Source: Octopus vulgaris
Taxonomy: Eukaryota
Direction: 5' to 3'
Assembly: GCA_951406725.2 (NCBI GenBank)
Contig: OX597835.1
Location: 26,102,001 to 26,166,000 of the forward strand
Length of the DNA stretch: 64,000 nt
Shown here: one piece after another, positions 27,400-40,552 of the stretch
How the letters are laid out: each line of letters begins with the position of its first letter
Numbering within the stretch: position 1 is the first letter of the stretch
Position numbers and translations under genes: made by a program
The notes under the pieces: generated by a model
The model's database searches: none
Told to the model about the DNA's origin: nothing
The model's input: the letters and a program-made list of their open reading frames with translations, nothing else

Positions 27400-28730
27400 A
27401 AGATAGACGATACGAACTTAGATATTGTGACATTGGAGACTTTCTGTTCTAAGAGTATAGATTTTGGCCCAGGTCTTTTTGAGCTTCTCAATGGCAGCAA
27501 TTAAGGTAGTAGGCATTTTGCTAAGTGGAGGCATCTCAGCAGCCAAGATTGGGGAATAGAGACAAATGCCTTTCTATTCTTTTCTACTGTAGGCACAAGG
27601 CCCGAAATTTTGGATGAGCGGAGCCAGTCGATTAGATCGATCCCAGTACACAACTGGTACTTAATTTATCGACCCCGAAAGGATGAAAGGCTAAGTCGAC
27701 CTCGGCGGAATTTGAACTCAGAACGTAAAGACAGACGAATATTTCTTTACTATCCACAAGGGGCTAAACACAGAGGGCACAAACAAGGACAGACAAACGG
27801 ATTAAGTCGATTACATCGACCCCAGTGTGTAACTGGTACTTAATTTATAGACCCCGAAAAGATGATAGGCAAAGTCGAACTCGGCGTAATTTGAACTCAG
27901 AACGTAACAGCAGACGAAATGCGGCTACGCATTTAGCCCGGCGTGCTAACGTTTCTGCCAGCTCACCGCCTTCAAATGCTTTCCTATAATCAAGTTGTAA
28001 TCTGTTGTATAATCTGTTGTAAGGCTCCTTCGATGATTTTTAATTATTTTTTTGTTTTTACGTCAGAGAGTACAGCTTTGTTTATCAGAAGTTCTTCGGC
28101 ATATCCTCAATTCCCTTCTTTCCACCGGGCTGCACATCAGTCACAATATCGTTGGATTCACAATGATGCTGGAGGAATTGTTTGAAGCAGCTAGTCCACA
28201 GTTTGTACGTGTTTGACACGCAATGGACCTGTAGTTTTCAGGCAACTCGGCGGTTTCATTCTTGGCCGCGAGATTCGTCCGTGCTATAGCAAGCTAATCT
28301 GATATGTCAATCTGACTTTCCATAGTACTTCTGAATATACTTGCTAGTGGTCTCCTGTAAAATATCAGCCTCTTATACCAGTATTCAGCTATTTGGCCCT
28401 TTCCAGGTTCCTTCCCATTATGTAGTTTGCCTACAGATATGGTGACCGGGTCAGTCGCATATGTTTAACTATTGATGTTGGTACAGTATTCCGTCTTTAC
28501 TGCATTTAGCCACGATGCATTGAGGTTGAGATTCCCCTTTTCGTTCAAGATCTTCTTGAGAGTAGCTTTATTAACGGTAATATTTTCATTCCTCATATCT
28601 CTATATGCAGTCTGTGGATTACAAGTAAACATGTGATTTACACAGACTCTTTCAAATATTCGTTTGCGGTAGCGAAGATTTTTCGCTCGGTCAATGAGTT
28701 CGTTGTCTGGAGTAATTAACTTCCCTGAAG
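27400..28730 (-). pseudogene. Decayed R4/Dong-like non-LTR retrotransposon RT, interrupted by a SINE
   Basis: WKEPG..YWYKRL; ARTNLAAKNE..PENYRSIAC; YKLWTSC; QPGGKKG..EELLINKAV; LDYRKAF, then past the SINE KAFVSIPQSWLLRCLHLAK. Confidence 0.85.
27578..27970 (-). mobile_element. SINE S2 with internal tandem duplication and TSD of about 15 bp
   Basis: Head GGCGGTGAGCTGGCAGAAACG at 27970; TSD CAAATGCCTTTCTAT (27563-27577) and CAAATGCTTTCCTAT (27973-27987). Confidence 0.9.
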
Positions 28731-28779
28731 AGCTTGTTGTGAAGTGTTACCATGCGGTTTTTTAAATTTGTTTATGAGA

Positions 28780-29142
28780 TGTAACTGATGAGGTGTAAAC
28801 TCATTGTTCCTCTTATACATCTTATTATTGTTGAAAGACACCCGCTGTTTTTGTCCTGTTATTACTATTATTGTTTTTTGTATTTATATTCGTGTGGTAT
28901 CGTCCGTTTTTCTGTCCTTGTTTCGTATACATTCGATCCTTTTTCCAAGAAATCTAATGCTCGTAGCTTAGGTTTTCCTTGGGGCTGGCCGGATCGGAGC
29001 CATCTCAAGATTAATCAGCCGAAATTGCGAGGATGATCCGGTTCTTGACTGAAGATTAGAGGCTTCGAATGACCCGTCCGTTTTTTGTGTCGTCTCTTTG
29101 AGTGATTTGCGTTCTTGTCCCATTTTGTATTTTTATATATAA
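28780..29142 (+). mobile_element. Short interspersed family D with 3' end at a TA-rich microsatellite
   Basis: CCATCTCAAG...CCGAAAT...CTTGACTGAAGA...CGAATGACC...TCTTGTCCCATTTT; homologous to the reverse complement of 47435-47647. Confidence 0.65.
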
Positions 29143-29274
29143 TTTTTATACATATATATATGTACGTCTATATGTATACGTTTTGATCCATACATGTAAC
29201 TCCCAATTTATTGGGAGTTACATGTATGGATCAAAACGGCCTGATTCATATACATACATACATACATACATACA

Positions 29275-29332
<58 letters not shown>

Positions 29333-29371
29333 TGTGTATGTGCGCGCGTGTGTATATTGCTTGTGTGTATG

Positions 29372-29560
29372 CGTGGTTGGATGGTAGGAAGCTTACTTCC
29401 TGTCTACATTATCCCGGGTTCAGCTTCACTGCGCGCCATCTTGGGAAGGTGTCTTCTACTATAGCGTTCGGCCGACTAAAGCCTTCGATTAAAGGCAGTG
29501 CTCCAGCATGGCCGCAGTGAAATTGAAATGACTGAAACAAGCAAAAGAATAAAAGAATAC
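29372..29560 (+). mobile_element. SINE S1 with internal deletion (head fused to tail)
   Basis: CCGGGTTCAGCTTCACTGCG...TCTTCTACTATAGC joined to AAAGGCAGTGCTCCAGCATGGCCGCAGT..AAATGACTGAAACAAG. Confidence 0.8.
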
Positions 29561-29566
29561 AGACAG

Positions 29567-29646
<80 letters not shown>

Positions 29647-30079
29647 TGTGAAAGAGAGAGAGAGAGAGAAAGAGCGAGAGGGAGAGAGAGAGAGTATGGT
29701 GTTGAGGAGATAGTCGCCATATTTGTTTTATTCGTTAAGCAGAAAATCTTTAAGAACGTGAGAGAGAAACTGAGGCAAAACTTCAAGAATGGAAATATGC
29801 CAATTCTTTGTTTAATATCTCATAGATGAAGAAGACTATTTCTTAATTAAATGCTTTAGATTGGTATCGGGAAATGGTAAGTTGATACACTTCCAATGAA
29901 GGTTGATTATTTATGGAAATCGAAATCTTCCGATTTGGGAAAAGATTTTCTGATCAATACAAGCCATTTATTTCATTTCGTGACCCCTCAGGAGTGCAAC
30001 ACACACATATGATTAATATACATTCATATATACACAGATACGCATCACACACATATATACACATACACAAACGCACATA

Positions 30080-30094
30080 TATATGTGTGAGTAT

Positions 30095-30130
<36 letters not shown>

Positions 30131-30192
30131 ATACTCACATATATATATATATGACTGCCTCTGTATCAAGGTATGTGGTATGTGTATGTATA

Positions 30193-30238
<46 letters not shown>

Positions 30239-30287
30239 TATACATACACATACATACAATACTACATACCTTGATACAGAGGCAGTC

Positions 30288-30310
<23 letters not shown>
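30080..30310. repeat. Two adjacent palindromes centred on (TA)n
   Basis: TGTGAGTATCC/GGATACTCACA and ATGACTGCCTCTGTATCAAGGTATGT/ACATACCTTGATACAGAGGCAGTCAT. Confidence 0.9.
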
Positions 30311-30321
<11 letters not shown>

Positions 30322-30524
30322 AGTGATGTATATGATATATACACACATACTTTGTTCAAGCGTACCACATGAAAACGATGGTACTTGTCTTTATCTTGAA
30401 TTATAGCAAATACACACACACACATATATATATATATGTATATGTGTGTGTGTTTCTATATATATATGTATTTGGTCAATTATATATATATATGTATATA
30501 TCTATATATGCATATGTACATATG

Positions 30525-30626
<102 letters not shown>

Positions 30627-30849
30627 TGTATAGATTTTAATCAAGTTTATAACCATGGTGTGTCGACAAAAAGGATGAATAGCTTTAATGAGAGAGTCTT
30701 GTTGAAGAATACAGAAGGAGACAAACCCGAAAGTTGCAAAATAAAACGTGGGCAAATTCATTGTAGGAGCAAATTCGATTGTCGTTATAACTCCCTCAAC
30801 CGTATTTGTAACATTTTACTTTTAAATTAATTATGAGTAAAAAGACGAC

Positions 30850-31170
30850 GAACTGACAGAGTTGTACCGTTCTGGACAAAAATGTTTGGCGGCTCTTCGT
30901 GAGATTCTTTACGTTCTGTGCTCAAATTCCGCCGAAGCCGGCTTTGCCTCTCGTCCTTTCGGGGCCGCTGTAAACTACTAAACACATTTCAAGCTTCCTA
31001 TCTATATTAGAAATAACTACTTTTAATTAAAGCCAGTGAATTGGTGGGTTTGTTAGATTTTTGGGTAGAATGTTTTGAGATATTTGTTCCTACACCTTCG
31101 AGATCACATTTAGCCGACGTAACTCTATCTTTTACTCTTTCGTGGTTGATAAAATTGATTCAATTCACAG
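30850..31170 (+). mobile_element. Two degenerate SINE S2 copies
   Basis: TTTACGTTCTGTGCTCAAATTCCGCCGAAGCCGGCTTTGCCTCTCGTCCTTTCGGGG, and a more decayed copy at about 31030-31170. Confidence 0.6.
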
Positions 31171-31509
31171 AAGTTGATTGATAGAAGTGCTGGAGGATCA
31201 GGTGATAAGCATTATGATATCTTTTCCGGGTTACTGTGATCGACCGCAACCTTTGAAAGAACACTAGTTCCATGTAGGAACGACCCACATCAAGAACTCT
31301 TCCCAAGGAGAAACGTCAGTGGCCGGGAGACTGGAGAGTTGCATGTATAGACAATTACCAGCCATTTTCAAAACATTCTTGTCCATGTCTGCATGCAACT
31401 ATGCGCGTGCTTGGTCATCTTCGAGCGTCTGCGACCCTTTTCGTTAATTACTTAGCATCTCAGAGTTGTTTGCCTTAAATTTCTTGACACATCCATTTAT
31501 TTTTTATCA

Positions 31510-32200
31510 CCTCTTTCTAAGAGGGACGTTGGTATAAAGTCCTCAGGCACGCCCTACATCGAATCATATCAGAAGCAACTGTTATTAGACGTTCCGCCTA
31601 GACTTCCAAGCATCGCCACCAAAGAGTATGAATATTATTCAACTGTCTTCTTGGTCTACCCTTGCCGGTTGACTCAACTTAAAGTATATGCATTTCGAAT
31701 TCTTTTCCTGCGACATTTTAATCACCTGTTTATATTACCAGAGTTATAACTTCTCAATGCGGAGAAGTAGCGGGTCGACATGGAAGGACTCCCTCTTCTC
31801 CAAGTTACGTATCTTGCCGGTCAACATTACTGCAGAGGTCTTTCGGAGGAACCCCATTTCTGTTGCTTGTGTTCGGAGTCGTACATTTTCGATCATTACC
31901 CAACATTACTGACAATAGGTAAGCATAGGAAAGCCCAATTGACTGAAAGTTTGGTTTTTTTCTTTACCAACCTCTCCTCATCTGCAGATCAATTGCTAGA
32001 GCAGGAGCATAACTGTGGCAGTACATAAAATTCTAGAATCCAGTTCAATCTCTAACCCTCCATCACACGGGAATATGGCACCGAGGTACTTAAATTTGAC
32101 CATTTGCATCAGTGATGTTACCCTAATATGCAGAGAGTTTTGGGAAAATATTTCTTGGGAGGACCAACTTCTCAGTCTTCGCAATATCTATTTTAATCCC
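31510..32200 (-). pseudogene. Decayed RTE-like LINE, 3' part of the RT ORF
   Basis: VKFKYLGAIFPCDGGLEIELDSRI (in ORF 31996-32184); C-terminal GKGRPRR and VASD remnants at about 31560-31670. Confidence 0.75.
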
Positions 32201-32357
32201 TGCTTTGCAACAGTTTGAATCGAAGGCATTCAGTGCATGCTGACGATCACCTTCTTCATCATACATAATTCCTGATTAAACTAACGATCTTTTATCCTCA
32301 TCATGAATATAATTTTAACTAATATTTAATATAAAATTTCTTGTCTCACTGTGTTAC

Positions 32358-32757
32358 CTCTTTTACTGGTTTCAGTCATTTGACTGTGGCCATGCTGGAG
32401 CACCGCCTTTAGTCGAGCAAATCGACCCCAGGACTTATTCTTTGTAAGCCTAGTACTTATTCTATCGGTCACTTTTGCCGAACCGCTAAGTTACGGTGAC
32501 GTAAACACACCAGCATCGGTTGTCAAGCGATGTTGAGGGGAAAAACACTGACACACAAACATATACACACACATATATTTATATACATATATATGAAGGG
32601 CTTCTTTCAGTTTCCGTCTACCAAATCCACTCACAAGGCTTTGGTCAGCCCCGAGGCTATAGTAGAAGACACTAGTCCGAGGTGCCACGCAGTGGGACTG
32701 AACCGGGAACCATGTGGTTGGTAAGAAAGCTACTTACCACACAGCCACTACTGTGCC
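32358..32757 (-). mobile_element. SINE S1, full length
   Basis: tRNA-like head with A/B-box-like motifs, core, internal microsatellite and complete tail. Confidence 0.92.
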
Positions 32758-32790
32758 TAACACCAACTTCGACTTCTCTATCTCGCTTTT

Positions 32791-32868
<78 letters not shown>

Positions 32869-33677
32869 TAGACAGCCTTCTGTTGTCCCCACCACCCGCT
32901 GTCACCCGATGTATTATCCTTTCTAAAGTTATACCACTTTTTCAATTGTTTATACGCAATAATTATCGACATACACCGCCACTGGTTTCCTCCAATTCTA
33001 TTGTTTGCTGTGATAAATTTAGATAGTTTCCTCTACGTTGAGTGTATTTTCATTACTCTACTGTTCATCGATGATCTATTTACGTTACCATTACTTGGAA
33101 TTTACTAACAGTAAAGTCATCGCTCTGATATATAAAACGGCGAAGTAAATAAATAAATATAAAATCGATAGAATTTTTTTTTAGTGAATTGTTCAAAGAG
33201 TTTGTTACAATCTGTATTACTGTGATTAGTATTGAGTAAGTGTGGGAAGGAGAAACGTATGGGATTTACTCATCATTATTATAAAGCAAGCAGAATGGTT
33301 ATTAAAACTGACTGGAATAGGTGGCTAGACGTGTATGCGTGACTGTGTGTGTGTGTGTTTGTATGTGTGTGTGTGTGTTTGTATGTGTGTGAGAGAGAGA
33401 AGGGGAGAGGAAGAGACTATGTATATATGAGAGAGTAGAGAGTGAGAGAGAATCAGCATGAGAGGGTGAGTATGTAGAAGTATGACGAGGTGGACTTAGA
33501 TATAAATAGGGGTGGGGGGTGATAAAACTGGAATACATACGTATATTCGTGCGTGTGTGTATACATACATACGTATATATATCTATATATGTATGTATGT
33601 ATACACACACGCGCATTCACAAACCACTCACGCACACGCTTACAAACGTGCGTGCATATATAATATATGATATGATA

Positions 33678-33755
<78 letters not shown>

Positions 33756-34518
33756 GTATGTATATGCATGTATATATGTATGTGTGTGTGTGTGTCCATT
33801 CAACTATGTCTCTATCTATGTATGTATATATATGTATGTATTTATGTGTGTCGTGTAAGTATATACATATGTGCAGATTTGTATGTTTTGTTTTATGTAT
33901 GTCTCATGCATATACTTGCATATCAAGACACGCTAATACATACATAAATGATAAACTTCTGCTTGCATGTACGTATGCGTGTACGTTTGTATGTGCGTGT
34001 GTCTGTATATGCATAAGTATGTATCCACCTACGTATGTAAATGGCGGTACATTGTTAGAATGCGAGACTGGGAGAGTAAAAGTTACATACAAGCATTTAT
34101 GGCGCCATTAAAGTACGTCTCTCCAAATTTGCGTATAATATATGTTTCCTTGGTTTTCCAAGGTTTTCCACTACAAGAGTGTGAACGTGATTGCATAATT
34201 ATTCACGTAAAATCATTGCATATTTTAAAGGAAAACTAGTTTTCCCGTTTGTGATAAAATAGATCGAAGGTGGGATGCTTTTCACGGAAGAATGATTAAA
34301 TTTTCTTGTATGAAAGGACGAGCGAAATGTTTGAAGTCTTTTATTCCAGAAGCTTCGCTTGTTGATGTAGTTTGTATTTCATCGTTGTTGGTGATAAAGT
34401 ACATACCTTCTACTGATATTCAATTTCCATACATGCATAAACATGGAAATGTGTATGTATATATGTATGTATGCATGCATGTTTGTATGTATGTACGTGC
34501 GTATATATATATGTATGT

Positions 34519-34551
<33 letters not shown>

Positions 34552-34580
34552 CACACGCGCACACACACACATATGTATAT

Positions 34581-34736
34581 AGGCATGGCTGCGTGGTAAG
34601 TACCTTGCTTACCAACCACATGGTTTCGGGTAGAGTCCCACTGCGTAGCATCTTGGGCAAATGTCTTCTACTAAAGCCTTGGGTTGACCAAAGACTTGTG
34701 AATGAATTTGGGAGACGGAAACTGAAAGAAGCCTGT

Positions 34737-34795
<59 letters not shown>

Positions 34796-34857
34796 TTACG
34801 ACTCCGTAATTTAGCTGATAAGCAAAATAGAACGATGAAATTAGCATATTGAGCCTA
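34581..34857 (+). mobile_element. SINE S1 with decayed tail
   Basis: GGCATGGCTGCGTGGTAAG...GACGGAAACTGAAAGAAGCC. Confidence 0.85.
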
Positions 34858-35499
34858 GAAAGAGAAACAGAAGACAGAGATATAATGCCAATCAAACGCT
34901 TATTCAAAGCAAGGAAGAACTGAAACAGTAGTTGACAACGGTAAAATACTTCACATTGTATAATTAACATGACAAATGTTGTGGTACGTATCAGTTTCTA
35001 TCAATACAAAGGCAGAAAACAAATATATATAAATGCAAAGGTGACCTGTAAGGGCAGAAAGCTCAAATTCTATATTATGTTCACATCGTGCAGTAATATG
35101 TATTGGTCAGAATGGAAACACTAATTATCAGTACGCATGCGAATACACCGGCAACATTTCAGGCATACGCTACTCAGGCTGATCTTCCTGTGTTTCTATA
35201 TAAATTAAGACAATGTCATCGGGTTAAATGAATTTCTACTTCTGAATGAAGGGGTATGTTGGATTTTCTTGTTTTGAAGGTATTTTCTGTTAACAGTATA
35301 TATACCATTAGCTATTCTTATAATCAAGTTTATATAACAAAACATTTTATAAAAGTTTTCTATTGAGACGATAGATTTCATACGTTTCGACATTTATGCT
35401 TAAGTTGTAGCGGTCTTCTGATATTACTTATATTGGAAGATTCAGGAGACCATATTATCTAATCACACAATGTATGTATACAAATGCATACAAGCATAC

Positions 35500-35617
<118 letters not shown>

Positions 35618-35760
35618 ACACACACACACGTATATGTATACGTGCTTAAATGTATACACCTATATATGTATATCTGAACAAAGAACTAGACACAAGATGT
35701 TATAGCAAATATATTTCTTTTGGTTAAACTAAGTCACAATGTCACCATCTACATTATACG

Positions 35761-35811
<51 letters not shown>

Positions 35812-35893
35812 GCATATATATACATATATATATATATATACATATATAATGTGTGTGTACATATATATATATATAGGTATTTATGTATGTATG

Positions 35894-35931
<38 letters not shown>

Positions 35932-36060
35932 CACATACATGTATATGCACACATATGCACACATACACACACATTCGAAGTTATAGGTTAATGGTTAAGA
36001 GTTTTTGATGTATAAATTATATATGAATGAAGACATCTACGAACACTTCTTGTGCACCCA

Positions 36061-36092
<32 letters not shown>

Positions 36093-36252
36093 TCTGTCAA
36101 TCTATCTATCTCTCTATATCTCTCTCTATATATATATGTATACATACATATATATATATATATATATATGCACATACATATGCATACATATATCCACATA
36201 TATACACATACAGATATGCATACATAATATACAAATATACACACATAGACAC

Positions 36253-36341
<89 letters not shown>

Positions 36342-36839
36342 TATACATATACATAAGTGTGTGTGAGTGCCCGTGCGCGCGCCCAGATTTTCACATCATA
36401 AGAATTGTCACCTAAAGGCCAAAAGAGAAAAGCGAAATGTTATCAGTATTCATAAACAACCAGCCACACTCTACACCACCGTGTCTTCACTCCCCCACCC
36501 GGCTCCTCACTAATCTATTAAGATTCGAAAGAACCGCCACCACCGCTCCACCGCACCCTCCGCTATTTTGAACACCATCAAAAGAGATGAACTATTTGTT
36601 TATATATATATATATATATACACCAATATTTTTTTTATTTTTTGTTTAATTTTCTCGTGTTTTTGCTTATGTATTTGTTGTTGTTTGTTTGTTTTAATCC
36701 TTTGCTTTTTTGTGTTTTTTTTCTTGTTTTTGTTAATTATTATTTGGTTATTTATTTATTTATTTATCGCGTTATTTATTCGATTATCTCATCCGTTCAT
36801 CAAGACATCATTAGAAGTGTGTTAGTGTATTTATGGCGG

Positions 36840-37901
36840 TAACTGCAACAACAACAACAACAACTACAATAACAACAACGGCGGCAACAACAACAGCAAC
36901 AACAACAAGAACAGCAACGAAAACCACTGCAACTGTGACATCAACGGGTACAACAACAACAACATCATATGTATTAGTAAGAACGCACACGTTTGACGAC
37001 AATAACAACAACAACAACGACTTTGTTGATGACAACAGCAAAAAGAACGACATTGGCAGGAAGAAGAAAAAGAAGGAGCATCAGAAGGTGGAGGAAGAGC
37101 AAGAGGAGTTGGAAGAGCAGGAATAGTAAGAGAGGGAGAAGGAGGAGGGGAGCAGGAGAAGGAATGATAATAATAACGATAATAATAATGATAATAATAA
37201 TAAAAAGGAGCAGGAGGATGAGGAAGAGCAAGAGGAGGTGGAAGAAAAGGAGGAGTAGGAGAAGGGGGAGAAGAAGGAAGAGGAGGAGGAGGCGTAAGTG
37301 GAGGAAGAGGAGGCGTAAGTGGAGGAAGAGGAGCAGGGAAAGAAATTAGTGATGAAGAAGAAAGAGAATAATAAGAAGCAGGAGAGGAAGAAGAGCAAGA
37401 GGAGCAAGAGGAGGAGAAGAAGGAGGAAATAGCGAAGAAGAAGAAGCAGAAATGAAAGTTATGAAGAACATGAAAAAGATGAAAGTGATGAAGTACATGA
37501 AGACGATGAAAGTGGAGATATTGAAGAAGACCAAGAAGATGAAAGAAGTACGAGGAGTAGGTGCAGGAGGTGGCAAAGAAGAAGAAGAAGAAGAAGAAGA
37601 AGAAGAAGGAGAAGAAGAAGAAGAAGAAGAAGAAGAAGAAGAAGAAGAAGAAGAAGAAGAAGAAGAAAAAAAGGAAGAAGGGGAAGAAGAAAAGAAGAAA
37701 TCAACAGTAACCACTATAAACGACAACAAGAGCAGCAGCGGTGGCAGAAATAAGAGCATAAATGTGACAACAACAAGATCTGCAACAATAATAATAATGA
37801 CAGCATCATAATGATAAACCAATGCAGCAGCAGCAGCTACATCGATAGTAATAATGATGATAATGATGATGATGATGGTGATGATGATGATGACAACAAC
37901 A

Positions 37902-37947
<46 letters not shown>

Positions 37948-38014
37948 CAACAACAACAATAATAATAATAATAATAACATTCAATCGAAAAGTGATGATG
38001 ATAATAATAATAAC

Positions 38015-38079
<65 letters not shown>

Positions 38080-38088
38080 TAATAATGG

Positions 38089-38128
<40 letters not shown>

Positions 38129-38187
38129 AGCAGCATCATAATGACAAAAGTATTAACAGCAAGAACGGCATCACAGACAACCACAGC

Positions 38188-38219
<32 letters not shown>

Positions 38220-38356
38220 AAACAGCAAGTTCGAAACTAAATGAAACGAAAGCAACAATAATAAAAAAAAAGATAAAATAAACCACAGCAAACAACAAAG
38301 GTAAATATGACAACAACAAAAGCAACAAAGCAACAAAGGCCATAACAAAGAACAAA

Positions 38357-38387
<31 letters not shown>

Positions 38388-38975
38388 ACGCCAACAACAA
38401 TAACAAATGAAATTTAATAGTCTATGTTATTTAAATTATATTGATGTAATATTGTTTAATAAACATATTGGAATTAGTGTTGGGGCTGTTGTTGTTGTTG
38501 TTGTTGTTGTTGTAGACAATGACTTTGATATCGATGTTCTTATTGTTGTTGCTACCGTTGTTATAGTTTTGTTGTTGTTGTTGATGTGGTTAATCTTTGT
38601 TTCTTTGTTTTCTTAATTTTGCAAACGTTGCATCTTTCGCATCTTTAATCAACGTAATTGTCATCGCCGTCGCCATAGTTATCATCAGCATCATCCTCAT
38701 GATCGTCCTTGGCCTCACTATCATCATTAGCAGTAGTAGCAGCAGCAGTGGCACGTGCACCGCCACAAAAAAACCCACCGTCCCCTCCACCATCATTATC
38801 GTACTCCTCGTCAACTCATCACCTCGACAGGTGACGGTCAATACCACGATCACCGCCACCACCAACACCACCACCACTGTCACCGTCACAGCCAGCACTA
38901 CAACTACTACCACAGCTACCAGAACCACAATTTCCACTACCACTACCATAACGAGCATCATCATCATCATCATCG
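36840..38975. repeat. Trinucleotide mosaic: (ACA), (GAG/GAA), (AAT), (GAT), (GTT), (CAC/CAT)
   Basis: Directly visible; poly-E/N/D/T ORFs are artefacts. Confidence 0.9.
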
Positions 38976-39189
38976 ATCTACTCTAGGCACATGCAACAGC
39001 TTGAAGTCTGTTAAAATTCTAACCGAAAACGAGATGGAATTAGTTTTTTAACAAAAGAGCAAAGTGATTAAAATCTCTCACCTAATTCAAAGGGCTTGGA
39101 CACACAGCATACATGAATTAGCGCATGTATATATATATATATATATACACATTGACTGCTGGCTCTAAAAGTTTTTGTTTTTTTAATTC

Positions 39190-39323
39190 ATCGTGTTCGT
39201 TTCTGTTGAAGAGCTTAGGCTCGAAATGTGAAAGATTTTCTCACCTTCCCGAGCGTGAAACTAATACACCGCTTTGCTGTTTATACACTTGTCCTCGTCT
39301 TTTGTTTTTCTGTAAATTTCAAC
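39190..39323 (+). mobile_element. Family A element, diverged
   Basis: TTTCTGTTGAAGAGCTTAGGCTCGAAATGTGAAAGA; 3' end abuts (TA)n. Confidence 0.7.
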
Positions 39324-39329
39324 TATATA

Positions 39330-39389
<60 letters not shown>

Positions 39390-39509
39390 GCGCACCAGAA
39401 CTAAGACATTTGAAATTATCCCTAATGTAATCGGTAAAACTAAACACGTGTCTGTTTTGGCACAGAAAGCTGGGGTTAGTTTTACAAATTACATTACCTG
39501 TTCGGAACG

Positions 39510-39587
39510 ATCGTACTGACGAAACTGCGGACAATTGGATTAAATAAGTAATTCTTTTGTTAATAGTTGAAACCGCCGGTATGTGAT
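39510..39587 (+). ncRNA. Type I hammerhead ribozyme, canonical
   Basis: ATCGTA-CTGACGA-AACTG...TAGTT-GAAA-CCgccGG-TA-TGTGAT; 6-bp stem I with G-U pairs; predicted cleavage after 39581. Confidence 0.85.
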
Positions 39588-40058
39588 TAATTCTGTTTGT
39601 TTTTATATAATTTTCATCTGTCTTGCCCGCCTAATTGTTCTGGTGTCCGCTGAATTTCCCTCTAGAGAACATTCTTTGTAGTTTGATCGTTGTTGATCTA
39701 TTTCTAGCATACGGCCGACTACCTAGCGGTCTTGCCCTTTGAATATACACATTATTAGAATTTTCTCTGATTTTTTTAGATTTTTGTATGCTAGGCTACT
39801 GGTTTTAAATTGATGTTAATTAAATTAATATTAATTTGTCTCCCTCATTATTTAAATATTAGAATAAATATGTTCTCTAATAGGCAGCACTAACCGCAGT
39901 AAATTATTTACGGCAGTTCTTCGCTTCCGGATTTTTTAGCGCGCCAGAACTAAAACATTTGAAATTATCCCTAATGTAATCGGTAAAACTAAATACGTGT
40001 CTGTTTTGACACAGAAAGCTGGGGTTAGTTTTTCAAATTACATTAGCTGTTCGGAACG

Positions 40059-40136
40059 ATCGCACTGACGAAACTGCGGACAATTGGATTATATAAGTAA
40101 TTCTTTTGTTAATAGTTGAAACCGCCGGTATGTGAT
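40059..40136 (+). ncRNA. Type I hammerhead ribozyme, canonical
   Basis: ATCGCA-CTGACGA-AACTG...TAGTT-GAAA-CCgccGG-TA-TGTGAT; predicted cleavage after 40130. Confidence 0.87.
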
Positions 40137-40299
40137 TAATTCTGTTTGTTTTTATATAATTTTCATCTGTCTTGCCCGCCTAATTGTTCTGGCGTCCGCT
40201 GAATTTCCCTCTAGAAAACATTCTTTGTAGTTTGATCGTTGGTGATCTATTTCTAGCATACGGCCGACTACCTAGTGGTCTTGCCCTTTGAATATACAC

Positions 40300-40378
<79 letters not shown>

Positions 40379-40381
<3 letters not shown>

Positions 40382-40516
40382 GATCAAAATAAAAACATGA
40401 TGCCAAGGATTCAGCGGTACATATGTTTCGGGCCTTTATTAGACAGATTTATATAGTATTCGAATGCCAGTTGTAGAGTAATATGCTTTATTAAAATGCA
40501 GTAAAAATATCACAAA
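40379..40516 (-). mobile_element. Two fused truncated pLTR-like fragments (half-HHR plus a family B piece)
   Basis: Minus strand GGCCC-GAAA-CATATG-TA-CCGC at about 40416-40436; TAGAGTAATATGCTTTATTAAAATGCAG matches family B. Confidence 0.55.
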
Positions 40517-40552
40517 AAATCTGTAACTCAGAATTTATATATATGTATAACG

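Larger units (their letters stand above)
39386..40300 (+). mobile_element. Family C tandem element: 549-bp unit, about 1.67 copies, two HHRs; retrozyme-like or PLE pLTR tandem
   Basis: 39386-39751 is repeated at 39935-40300 with few mismatches; (TA)n on both sides; no protein ORF. Confidence 0.88.

Noticed and set aside
28785-28860. CTGATGA...GAAA possible hammerhead (similar words at 9585-9605, 14545, 15364, 23100, 23401, 51620-51645, 59700-59730)
   Set aside because: Stem II or stems I/III cannot be formed adjacent to the core boxes
35375-35430. Minus-strand CAGAAGA...GAAACGTA motif
   Set aside because: Core mutated and stems I and II do not pair; at most a decayed remnant
37452-38281. 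Acidic poly-E and poly-N/D ORFs
   Set aside because: (GAA)n, (AAT)n and (GAT)n mosaics, not a credible exon
39386-40300. LTR retrotransposon or TRIM interpretation of the direct repeats
   Set aside because: No TG...CA termini, primer-binding site, polypurine tract or TSD; ends merge with (TA)n
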